64,000 nt of DNA from Leptospiraceae bacterium (GTDB taxonomy: Bacteria; Spirochaetota; Leptospiria; Leptospirales; Leptonemataceae), in assembly GCA_040217195.1 (NCBI GenBank), contig JAVJNR010000006.1, forward strand, positions 64,001 through 128,000, read 5' to 3'. The notes beneath the pieces are model-generated. The model was not told where the DNA came from and did no database searches. It saw nothing but the letters and a program-made list of their open reading frames with translations. A program made the translations under genes and the position numbers. This document shows, one piece after another, positions 47,628 through 56,683 of this stretch (the stretch's first letter is position 1; every line of letters starts with the position of its first letter).

Positions 47628-48581
47628 GTGACAAACTCCATAAAGAATTCAGTAAGCGAAGAGTCCAGGCAACAGCCCAATCGTCGATCTTCTTCTAACA
47701 ATGCCGGAAGACTCTGGTCACTGAAAAAGTTTCTGGTATGTATTCTAATATTTAGTGTTTCTAGCTGTGCTGTGTTTGACCGTCGAAATACAATCCTGGT
47801 CAATGCGGTGGAGGAACACATGGTGCCGGAGACTCAGCCGTCCAGATTACTTCTGGCTCCCATATACATTCCGGTGGGGCTCATGGCAGGCGTCCTGGAT
47901 GCCTTTGTAGTGCATCCGGTGAGAATGATTCCGGAGGCTCTTAAAGATACGGATGATGCACTCTGGGAATTCTCGGATGAATCGGGATATGTTACTCATG
48001 CCGGTTCCATCGTGTATCGCGGAGCTTTTTCGCCTGTATTTTTTGCAGCAGTGTGGCTGGCCAGAAGTGCCTTCATTGGCCTGGATGGTGCGGAAACCGA
48101 AGCGCCGGCCGACCGACCGGGAGGCAGTTATGAGGATTTTCTGAGAACTGGTAATAAACCCGGGTTGATATACGATCTGGAAAATTGCTCTGTGGAAGCT
48201 CCGTCCACTGCATTGTTGGTTAAGACCTACCAGGCATTTTCTGCGGAGCTTTCTGATGCAGACCTGGGAGATGGCTACGGAAATCCCGGGTTTCGGGCTG
48301 TGCTCTGTTTGATGGAACGTAAGGATGAGCAGTCCTTTCAATTCTTCAAGGCGAGATTAACGGACAGTAATGACGGCCAGCTTCGCTGGATTCACAATAA
48401 TGCCATTAACTACTTTAGACTGAAGGATTCGGAGAGGGCAGCCCGGGTATTGCTGGAAGCACTGAATGTGCCCGGACATAGCCTGGAATTGAATATGAGC
48501 ATCCTTCGTGGCCTCATGTATATGCAAGATGAGGGAGCGCAGCGCCTGATCTTGCGCTCCATACAGCGCTCCGGGGGCTGA
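47628..48581 (+). CDS. Hypothetical lipoprotein with an extra helical C-terminal domain
   Basis: VSSC lipobox and the same motif as the upstream gene. Start uncertain. Confidence 0.7.
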   Translation: MTNSIKNSVSEESRQQPNRRSSSNNAGRLWSLKKFLVCILIFSVSSCAVFDRRNTILVNAVEEHMVPETQPSRLLLAPIYIPVGLMAGVLDAFVVHPVRMIPEALKDTDDALWEFSDESGYVTHAGSIVYRGAFSPVFFAAVWLARSAFIGLDGAETEAPADRPGGSYEDFLRTGNKPGLIYDLENCSVEAPSTALLVKTYQAFSAELSDADLGDGYGNPGFRAVLCLMERKDEQSFQFFKARLTDSNDGQLRWIHNNAINYFRLKDSERAARVLLEALNVPGHSLELNMSILRGLMYMQDEGAQRLILRSIQRSGG

Positions 48582-48683
48582 GGTATGGAAGGAATTACCT
48601 TGGCTGTAAACTCCAGGTCGGTTCCAGGACTACAAAAAAGGGCAGCTGGCAGGTCTGAATCCAGGAACTGGAAGAGTCGATAA

Positions 48684-49994
48684 TTGAATATGCTTCGGCC
48701 TCTGCACATTTTTCTATTCTTGCTCTGTCCGGCTATCCTTCTGGCCAATAGTCCGGATTCTGATCATACATCCGAAGCGGTCAGTGGAAAGAAGAATCGA
48801 TGGAGGGCCCTGGGGCAATCTACCCGGATCTTTTCCCCGGATGATTTCACTATTGGAGAACCAGAACAATTAACCTTTCGTCTGGAAGGTGTACGGATGG
48901 ATGCTTATTCCAGGGGATTCGCTCAGGGCGATATTGTTTACCTGGAGATTATTCGACCGCCAAATGTGCACGGATTCTACAGCTACCTATACAACAAGGA
49001 TGGTGAGGCCTTACCTCTGACCCGAACCAAATGGGGCTACAGGATCTTATTACCCATCGGCGCTCAGGATGAGCGGGAAAAGATAGAGCTGGTATGGAAG
49101 CAATCTGTATCGGATTGGTACGGCAGAGCCCGAATTGAGATCCCAATCAATGAGAAGTCATTTCCTCAGACCAGATGGTACAATCGGGTAAGTCAGCTTC
49201 TTCCAGATAGTGCTCCTCCGTTCGTCGGAGGCGAGGAACTGGAGTCTCAGTCCGACAGGAATGTCCAGGCGTCGATGGACAACTCCAGGGACGATTCTGA
49301 AGGATCCGAGACTTCGGAGGTACAGGATCTGGATGAAAATCCAGGGGAAGAGCTGGCCTCTGATTCGGATGCCAGTCCAGAAGGCCAGAAGCAAGAGCTA
49401 CTGGCTCAAAAGCAAAAAGCCCAGGAGACCAGAGAGGAACAATTGGCCCGGGAGGAGGAGAGTGAGGAGAAGCTCTCCAATTTCATGAAGAAGATTACCC
49501 TGGAAAAGAGTCTTCGCAGTCAGGTTTTCGAGCGCCAGGGGAATGATCTAATTACCAGCCGTCTTTCTCATCCCAGGGATATGCATTATATTACCAGCCA
49601 GTGCTTCACCAGCCGCCTGAAGATCTCCTACAAGTACGTGAATGGAAAGAAAGTGGAGGTTGGCCGCAGGGTAGTAATGCATAATGGTGTGGATCTCCGG
49701 GGACGCCCGGGCACTCCCATCTATGCCATTGCAGACGGTCAGGTTGTGCTCGCTCGATCCATGCATTTCGAGGGAAATTTCACAGTGATTGACCATGGAC
49801 TGGGAGTCTTTTCAGGGTACATGCATCAAAGTAATCTACGGGTTCAGGTTGGACAGTATGTCCGGGCCGGGGAACGGATAGGAGACGTTGGCAACACCGG
49901 CTATTCCACGGGACCGCATCTTCATCTGGCACTCTGGATTCGAGGCATTCCTGTGGACCCTCTCAGTCTTTATTCACTTCCTATTCGGGAGTAA
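48684..49994 (+). CDS. M23 family metallopeptidase
   Basis: Signal peptide, HNGVD (HxxxD), GN...IDHG, YMH and STGPHLH. Acidic low-complexity linker. Confidence 0.9.
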   Translation: MNMLRPLHIFLFLLCPAILLANSPDSDHTSEAVSGKKNRWRALGQSTRIFSPDDFTIGEPEQLTFRLEGVRMDAYSRGFAQGDIVYLEIIRPPNVHGFYSYLYNKDGEALPLTRTKWGYRILLPIGAQDEREKIELVWKQSVSDWYGRARIEIPINEKSFPQTRWYNRVSQLLPDSAPPFVGGEELESQSDRNVQASMDNSRDDSEGSETSEVQDLDENPGEELASDSDASPEGQKQELLAQKQKAQETREEQLAREEESEEKLSNFMKKITLEKSLRSQVFERQGNDLITSRLSHPRDMHYITSQCFTSRLKISYKYVNGKKVEVGRRVVMHNGVDLRGRPGTPIYAIADGQVVLARSMHFEGNFTVIDHGLGVFSGYMHQSNLRVQVGQYVRAGERIGDVGNTGYSTGPHLHLALWIRGIPVDPLSLYSLPIRE

Positions 49995-50172
49995 TTCTAA
50001 GTCGCTGGATTTCGATTCTCTCCACCTCAAAAAACCGGCAATGGTAGAGCTCCGAAACTCCTCCCTTGACCTTATTGCTACTTATGATCAATATTAAAAG
50101 AGACATAATTTTCTGCTTGCTCCCAGAAAAAACCCGGGGCAGGCTAGGCTTTTCGCCGTCTGTTTTTCGTGC

Positions 50173-50538
50173 ATGAATGATCCTGCAAGATATGAATTGG
50201 AAGTACTTCCCTGGCCCAACGCATTACTGGTCCGGGCCCGGGGAAATCTGGACATCTACACGAGCCCGGAATTCAGATTAGCTCTGGACGATTCTCGTAA
50301 GGAAGGGAAAAGGCATTTCATTCTGGATTTGTCCGGAGTTGACTATATAGATAGTACCGGCCTGGGTTCCCTGGCTTCCTTTATGGATGCTGTAAAAAAG
50401 GAAAAAGGCTCACTTCGACTGTCTGGCCTACGAGGCGTTGTACATAAGGCCTTTGTGTTTACCAATTTACTGGATCTTTTTTCGGTTCATGAGTCGGTAG
50501 AGGGGGCCCTGGAATCCATGGGTAAGGAGCTTTCTTAG
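50173..50538 (+). CDS. STAS-domain anti-sigma factor antagonist
   Basis: GNLDIYTS and ILDLSGVDYIDSTGLG (phospho-Ser motif). Confidence 0.9.
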   Translation: MNDPARYELEVLPWPNALLVRARGNLDIYTSPEFRLALDDSRKEGKRHFILDLSGVDYIDSTGLGSLASFMDAVKKEKGSLRLSGLRGVVHKAFVFTNLLDLFSVHESVEGALESMGKELS

Positions 50539-50707
50539 AGTTTTTGAATTTCCGTCTGCCGATCCAGGCATATTCAGGAATCTCAGTGCACAGGGAGCGT
50601 GAGTGCAGGGCCGAAAGCCTTATTGAATTCGGTGTCAACAGCCAACGACCCATCCCTGGATTACTGAAAATCTAAATCTACTGAGCCCATATTCCAGTGG
50701 TTATAGA

Positions 50708-52042
50708 TCAATTCGATACACCACCTTTTCGTTCTTCTGCCATTGACTGAACGCTCTGTGCGAACTCTGGATAGCGCTGTAAAATTTCTTCGAATGTCTT
50801 ACGATCCAGGGTATACACATCGCAGTAATCGGTTGCTTTAACCGAAGCATTTCTGGGCGCATGATGGAGCAAAGCCACTTCTCCAAAGAACTGACCATCA
50901 GATAAAGTGGCGATGGAGTTCCTGTTGCGGTCCAGAATCTCGACTGTGCCTTTGCTGATCATATACATCTCTGTTCCAGGGTCTCCGTACTGGAAAATCA
51001 TATCGCCCGGAGTATATACCTGGGGTGTAAGGCTTAGAACAATTTCCCTTACAAGGCTGGCCGGAGCGCCCTTAAGGATTGGCATTTTTTCAAGAATATC
51101 TTGGTTTAGAGAAAGGGCTACTTCCATCTGTAAAGATCTGGGCAGATCTTTTAGAAATGAGAATTCATCGTATCCCAGGCGACTCTCCCAGAGATAGTTA
51201 TAATAGTTGCGGATTCTTTCCTGAAGTCTTGAGGGCAGATTTCTATATCTGAGAAAAGCATTCACCGTATCCATTTTCTGCTGAAAATGGGCTCGCGCCA
51301 CGTCTATGTTTGCCAGTAAATGAGCGACGTTACCAATAATGTATCCGTACATTCCGGCGCCTACAATCATGATTACGATTGCATAGACGGTTTGATGATT
51401 GTTGGACGGTACCACATCTCCGTATCCAACGGTGGTAAGAGTTGTAAATGCCCAGTAAATACCACGAACGTACCTGGTTAAAGAATCCGGAGCATCCGGA
51501 ATTCCTCCCATGGCCACCCAGCCGCATCCTACCCAGTGGCCGATCAAAGTAACCCAGAAACCAAAGAAGATTAGACGCATTATTGCCGGATTCAACAGGT
51601 CCCGATGCCCCAGTCGATGTAGCAATTGAGCCAGTCGAACAAGTCGAAGCAATCGGATGAGTCGAAGCATTCTCAAGGCTCGCAGTAGAGTAGGCGAAAT
51701 GAGTCTTGCAAGATTTGCTTCAGGTTCTCCAAGACTGTGAATCAGGATAAGATCAAATGGTACGGCGGCGAGAAAATCTACGATAAACCAACTAGAGAGA
51801 TACTTCCTTGCTACAATCTTTGGATCACTGATCAGTCTACCTTCCAGGACTATGCAAGTTCGAAAGTTTATGAAAATATCCGATGCGAAAACAGAGATTA
51901 CTATTAGGTCCAGAATAAGAATCCAGCCCTGGGCCGGATATCCAATGACCAGTCGTAAAGGAACCTCTATGGAAGCATAGGTCGTAACCAGGATAAGAAG
52001 GATTTCCCAGGTTTGCCTGAATGAATGCGAGGGATGGAGCAT
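50708..52042 (-). CDS. Cyclic-nucleotide-gated K+ channel (SthK/LliK-like)
   Basis: S1-S4 with RALRMLRLIRLLRLVR, pore TLTTVGYGD, C-linker, and CNBD FFGEVAL....RNASV. Confidence 0.93.
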   Translation of the reverse strand: MLHPSHSFRQTWEILLILVTTYASIEVPLRLVIGYPAQGWILILDLIVISVFASDIFINFRTCIVLEGRLISDPKIVARKYLSSWFIVDFLAAVPFDLILIHSLGEPEANLARLISPTLLRALRMLRLIRLLRLVRLAQLLHRLGHRDLLNPAIMRLIFFGFWVTLIGHWVGCGWVAMGGIPDAPDSLTRYVRGIYWAFTTLTTVGYGDVVPSNNHQTVYAIVIMIVGAGMYGYIIGNVAHLLANIDVARAHFQQKMDTVNAFLRYRNLPSRLQERIRNYYNYLWESRLGYDEFSFLKDLPRSLQMEVALSLNQDILEKMPILKGAPASLVREIVLSLTPQVYTPGDMIFQYGDPGTEMYMISKGTVEILDRNRNSIATLSDGQFFGEVALLHHAPRNASVKATDYCDVYTLDRKTFEEILQRYPEFAQSVQSMAEERKGGVSN

Positions 52043-52060
52043 GGATCGACAGGCCTGGAA

Positions 52061-53233
52061 TTAGATCAGCTCATCCAGAGATACCTTTTTACTGGAATCC
52101 ATCGGTCGACCATGATCCGAACCTCCGATTTCCATTTCCCGGTTCTTCTTTTCGTAATGTGCTACTATCCTTTCCTTTAAAGGTAGCCATCTTCGATTGT
52201 AGATACTGGCCAGTCGGGAAATCTCATCCTGTGGTCGGTCCGTGAATTCAGGAATGGCCAGATTATAGTTCCATTGCCTGAGACCTCGGTCCATCATATA
52301 GACCGGTTCGGCCACGCTTTGAACAAACAATCGGCCATACAGTAGAACATATCCAAAAAGCAAGAACATGATGATTGCCAACAAACAAAGAATGAGTAGT
52401 GCCAGGTTTGCATCGGCGCGAAAGTAGGAAAGCCTGGCAGTGTACCCATCTGGAAGCTCCAGGCCAATCTGTGGACTCCATTCAGGAATGCTGTCTTTCG
52501 TCTCGTATAGAGTCTGCCCGTCTTGATCTTTCAGAAAAACGATGGCCGGAAATGCGGATGCGAACAGAGTGGGATTGGGCTTCTCGTAAGCCTGGCGATT
52601 TCCATCGTTCAGATATTCGGCCAGTGAATTTTGTACTTCGAGCTTATACACTGCATGGCCCGGTACCGGAGACACGGGCAGTAGTTGTAATAGAAACACT
52701 GAGAAAATCAGAGTCGTAACGGTTATGGTTGCTACAGTGGCTACATGATGATTTGTCATCTGCGATTCTGTATATTGCACCGGACCAAGTATGCGAAGCA
52801 TACGAATCAGTCGCAGGGCCCGGGTAACTCGTACCGCTTTTGCGGTCTTGAGTAGAACCATATACTGAGGCAGATGCTCTACCTGTCCGTCCGCGCTAAA
52901 GAAAATCAGGTAGATGGCCGGTCCGGATACCAGGGCAGCCAGAGGTACCGAGGATACGAAATCAATCCATCCTCTCTGGCGGGTAAAGTATAGCAGGAAT
53001 CGGCCTTCCTTGAGAGAAACGGTGGACCTTGCCAGAAACTCCAATGAGAAGATTAGATCAAAAGCAAAGGCTCCCAGAATCAGGTCTCGATGTGTACTGG
53101 TATCCCATGCCAGTAAAATGGCCAGTTCTTCCACACACAGGTGGCAAATGGCAAGAAAGATCATAATCAATATTATGATCTCAAAACTATGGGGAAAATG
53201 ATCCTCTGGGTACTTCCTTTTATGGGCAGCCAT
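52061..53233 (-). CDS. Voltage-sensor-like domain plus extracytoplasmic domain plus HAMP-like membrane protein, with no pore or catalytic domain
   Basis: FDLIFSLEFLAR (S2), GWIDFVS (S3) and KTAKAVRVTRALRLIRMLR (S4), then two more TMs and EPVYMM...DEISRLASIYN. Confidence 0.75.
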   Translation of the reverse strand: MAAHKRKYPEDHFPHSFEIIILIMIFLAICHLCVEELAILLAWDTSTHRDLILGAFAFDLIFSLEFLARSTVSLKEGRFLLYFTRQRGWIDFVSSVPLAALVSGPAIYLIFFSADGQVEHLPQYMVLLKTAKAVRVTRALRLIRMLRILGPVQYTESQMTNHHVATVATITVTTLIFSVFLLQLLPVSPVPGHAVYKLEVQNSLAEYLNDGNRQAYEKPNPTLFASAFPAIVFLKDQDGQTLYETKDSIPEWSPQIGLELPDGYTARLSYFRADANLALLILCLLAIIMFLLFGYVLLYGRLFVQSVAEPVYMMDRGLRQWNYNLAIPEFTDRPQDEISRLASIYNRRWLPLKERIVAHYEKKNREMEIGGSDHGRPMDSSKKVSLDELI

Positions 53234-53426
53234 GTCCCGCTCCTGTCCATTCTAACTGTCTTCCTTGCAGGAAGAGTCTAACATTCAGTGGCCCAACCTG
53301 GCTCCACGGATTATCCCCGGGTAGGCTCAAAGATGTATTTCAGGGAGTCCTGTGATTACGAAGACTCCCTGTTACTGGACATCGACCAATTCTGGCTGTA
53401 GGTTCTTACTTTTTCCGGGATATGGT

Positions 53427-54206
53427 TCAGATATAGCCTTTGAACCAGTAGGCCAGGGTTCCAATATACTCTTTTAACCCGATCCAGGTTTTCTGGATTC
53501 CGTGAGCGGACGGAAACAATGCCTCCGGTCCTGCAAAAAAAGTGGATGAGCGATAATCCGTAGGCACAGGAACCACTTCCAGGTCTGTTAATTCATTAAA
53601 TACGGCAACGGATCTGGGCATATGAAATGCCGAGGTAACCAGAAAGACTCGATTCCATCCCAGCTCCTCTGCTATCTGAGCGCTGTAGATAGCATTTTCG
53701 GCTGTGTTTCTGGACTGGCTTTCTGCGATAATCTGCTCTTCCCGGGCCATGTCTTGCTCCAGAAGCCAGGATTTCAGGAGCGTGGATTCAGCAGGGCCTC
53801 CTTGAAAAATCAATCCACTTCCACCAGAAAGAATCATGATGGGGGCTTTTCCAGCTCTCAGGATGGCCAGTCCTGCAAATAGTCGATTGGCCCCATCGGT
53901 GAATTCAGGTACATCCCCCCGCTGAGCTACTGGATCCATCATTCCGCCAAGAACAATAATCCCATCTGCATTCTGATGCTCAGTAACAGTGATGCTGTAC
54001 TGATCCTCAAGAGACCCCAGAATCCAGTCTGCACATACATCTGTGGACAGAAAACCAAAGAGCAGGAATCCAGCCAGAAATAGGCGTCTGGTCTTTTTTC
54101 GCTCAGTACCTTTGGTGGCCCGCCATCCCAGGATCAATAGCAGAAAGTACGCCGCCGGATACAGACTAAACAGAAGAGTGAAAAGCTTGGATAGATAGAA
54201 GAACAT
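53427..54206 (-). CDS. YdcF/ElyC (DUF218) family protein
   Basis: IIVLGGM, LSGG, ESQSRNTAENA, LVTSAFHMPRS and KEYIG. Confidence 0.9.
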   Translation of the reverse strand: MFFYLSKLFTLLFSLYPAAYFLLLILGWRATKGTERKKTRRLFLAGFLLFGFLSTDVCADWILGSLEDQYSITVTEHQNADGIIVLGGMMDPVAQRGDVPEFTDGANRLFAGLAILRAGKAPIMILSGGSGLIFQGGPAESTLLKSWLLEQDMAREEQIIAESQSRNTAENAIYSAQIAEELGWNRVFLVTSAFHMPRSVAVFNELTDLEVVPVPTDYRSSTFFAGPEALFPSAHGIQKTWIGLKEYIGTLAYWFKGYI

Positions 54207-54406
54207 GGCCCAGCTTTCCGGGCTGAATCGTTAGATCAATCCTGGTAGAAAATTTTGGTCCTTTTTAGGAATGCGCAGATCGAACCGAATTCAGCCGGAT
54301 TGTCGGGCATTGAGGCGACCACGGCGAATCCCCCGGACTTAAAAACAGAGGCACCAGAGGACCCAGAAAGCCAACATCCGAGTATTTTTTCATATCCATC
54401 AAAATC

Positions 54407-54441
54407 TGGCGATTTTTTAGCCAGGCTGGCATGAAATACGC
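54407..54441 (+). promoter_or_regulatory. Two candidate sigma-54 -24/-12 elements
   Basis: TGGCGATTTTTTAGC (54407-21) and TGGCATGAAATACGC (54427-41), both with exact GG-N10-GC spacing. Confidence 0.35.
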
Positions 54442-54559
54442 TATACTATATACAAAAAGGCATCGTTTTGTTTAAATTCTGGGCATATTGGCCGGAGCAG
54501 TAAATCCTGCCCGGTTAGACGCGCCTATATATTCGGCAGAATGTCTTTAAAGAGGGCAC

Positions 54560-56671
54560 ATGACCGTTAAGATTACAGACCTGGCAGCACACTTTGTAGA
54601 AGAGATTACCTCTGCCATGAGTCGGATTGAGGACCCGGAAGAAATTCTAGATGGGTTGCTCTCCGACTGTATTGAGGCCACCCAGGCCGACTCCGGAAGC
54701 ATCATGCTGCTTGATTCCTCCGGTGAGTATCTGGAAGCCCGAGTTGTGCGTGGACTGAACCTGGTTGGCGGTAAGCTGAGATTAAAGCTCGGAGAGGGGG
54801 TCACCGGCTGGGTAGCCCGGGAAGGGAAGTATCGTCTGGTGAGTAATGCCAGCGAAGAGCAGGATTACATTCGATTAAAAGAAGATCTGCAATCTGAGCT
54901 GGCTGTTCCAATGATGGCCCGTGGTCAACTGATGGGAGTCCTCTCTGTGGATGCCAGGCGGCCAGGAGCGTTCACCCAGGAAGATGCAGATTTCCTGAGA
55001 ATCATGTCCAATCTGGCGGCTCAAATCTTTGTTCGCCTGGAAGACAACCGACTACTGAAGATACGGGATCGATTTCATCAAGTAATGATGGAGATTTCCC
55101 GCGTTGTATCTCATTCCCTGAAACTAAAGGAAGTATTCCGTGAAATCATGCAGATCACGGAGAAAGCCTTTCGACTGAATCGAAGTACGTTATTCCTGTA
55201 CAATTCAGAGGAAGGTTTGCTCAAGATCGCCGCTGCAAGTGGATTGGACGAGCGAGAGACATTATCCATTACCTACAGTTCAGGCGAAGGGATTACCGGT
55301 GGAGTGTTCCAGAGCAAGAAAGCTATCTTTATTCCCAGCGTTAAGAATGAAACCGGCTTTTTGAATCGAATGAAGACCGTTCCAGAAAGCGGCGATATGG
55401 GCTATTTTTGCTGTCCCATTTTCTCTGGAACCGAAGTGGTTGGAGTGTTTTCCACTTTCACGCATCCACAAACCGGTGTGGATCCAGACTCGGTACTTGA
55501 GTTTCTGGAAATTCTGGGCTCAATCATCTCCCAGGCAATTACGATTCAAAGACTTGTTCAAGAAGAGACCAGAGTCATTACCCATGAAAACCTGAAACTA
55601 AAGCAGGAGCTTTCCAGTCGCTATCAATTTGGAAGCTTAATAGGCCGTTCTTCATCCATGCTTCGACTGTTCGAAAAGGTAAGGATTATCGCGGATTCCA
55701 GAGCTTCGGTTCTACTGACAGGCGAATCCGGAACCGGTAAGGAATTGATTGCAAGTGCTATTCATTACAATAGTCCTCGGCGTGAGCGACCATTCATTAA
55801 GATCAATTGCGCAGCCATTCCTGAGAATCTTCTGGAAAGCGAACTATTCGGTCACCGTAAAGGGGCATTTACTGGAGCGGTAGGCGATAAGAAAGGTAAA
55901 TTCGAAATCGCCGATGGAGGAACCATCTTCCTGGATGAAATTGGGGAGATGGATCTAAATCTACAGTCCAAGCTACTGCGCGTACTTCAGGAAAGGGAAA
56001 TTGAGCCTGTGGGCGGTCGCACCCGCCAGGTAGACATTCGAGTCATTGCTGCAACCAATGCCGAACTGGAAGAGCTAATTGCACAAAAGCTGTTTAGGCC
56101 TGATCTCTATTATCGTCTGAATGTAATTAATCTCAGAATTCCTGCACTTCGTGATCGCCGAGAGGATACAGTTCTTCTGGTACATCACTTTATTGATAAG
56201 TACAACAAAGAAAATGAGAAGAAGATTACCAGTATTTCGCATGATGCCATGCGAATGCTGGAGAATCATGACTGGCCGGGAAATGTTCGGGAATTGGAGA
56301 ATGTTATTGAGCGTGCTGTGGTAATGGCTCAAAATACAATTCTTGATGTTGAGGATTTTACAGATATTACTTTGCCATTTTCTGCCGAGAAGACTGCAGC
56401 GACGGAACCAGAAGTTGTAAGTAATGAACCAGAGGAAATACAGGAAAGTGGACCGGAGACCACTTCAGCGGTTGCGGCTCTGATTTCTGAGGAAGAGCTG
56501 GATAATATGGAAGGCAAGGTTTATGAAACCGTAATTTCAGAAGTGGAGCGCCGGCTAATCGTCATGGCCTTAAAGCGGTTTCGCTATACTAAGACCAGGG
56601 CGGCCCGATTCCTTGGAATCAACCGAAACACCCTGGATAAAAAAATTAAAGAACTGGAAATAGACTATTAA
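54560..56671 (+). CDS. Sigma-54-dependent enhancer-binding protein (GAF-GAF-AAA+-Fis HTH)
   Basis: Two GAF domains, [39 protein letters not shown] and [12 protein letters not shown]. Confidence 0.95.
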   Translation: MTVKITDLAAHFVEEITSAMSRIEDPEEILDGLLSDCIEATQADSGSIMLLDSSGEYLEARVVRGLNLVGGKLRLKLGEGVTGWVAREGKYRLVSNASEEQDYIRLKEDLQSELAVPMMARGQLMGVLSVDARRPGAFTQEDADFLRIMSNLAAQIFVRLEDNRLLKIRDRFHQVMMEISRVVSHSLKLKEVFREIMQITEKAFRLNRSTLFLYNSEEGLLKIAAASGLDERETLSITYSSGEGITGGVFQSKKAIFIPSVKNETGFLNRMKTVPESGDMGYFCCPIFSGTEVVGVFSTFTHPQTGVDPDSVLEFLEILGSIISQAITIQRLVQEETRVITHENLKLKQELSSRYQFGSLIGRSSSMLRLFEKVRIIADSRASVLLTGESGTGKELIASAIHYNSPRRERPFIKINCAAIPENLLESELFGHRKGAFTGAVGDKKGKFEIADGGTIFLDEIGEMDLNLQSKLLRVLQEREIEPVGGRTRQVDIRVIAATNAELEELIAQKLFRPDLYYRLNVINLRIPALRDRREDTVLLVHHFIDKYNKENEKKITSISHDAMRMLENHDWPGNVRELENVIERAVVMAQNTILDVEDFTDITLPFSAEKTAATEPEVVSNEPEEIQESGPETTSAVAALISEEELDNMEGKVYETVISEVERRLIVMALKRFRYTKTRAARFLGINRNTLDKKIKELEIDY

Positions 56672-56683
56672 ACAGGTCCTGGA

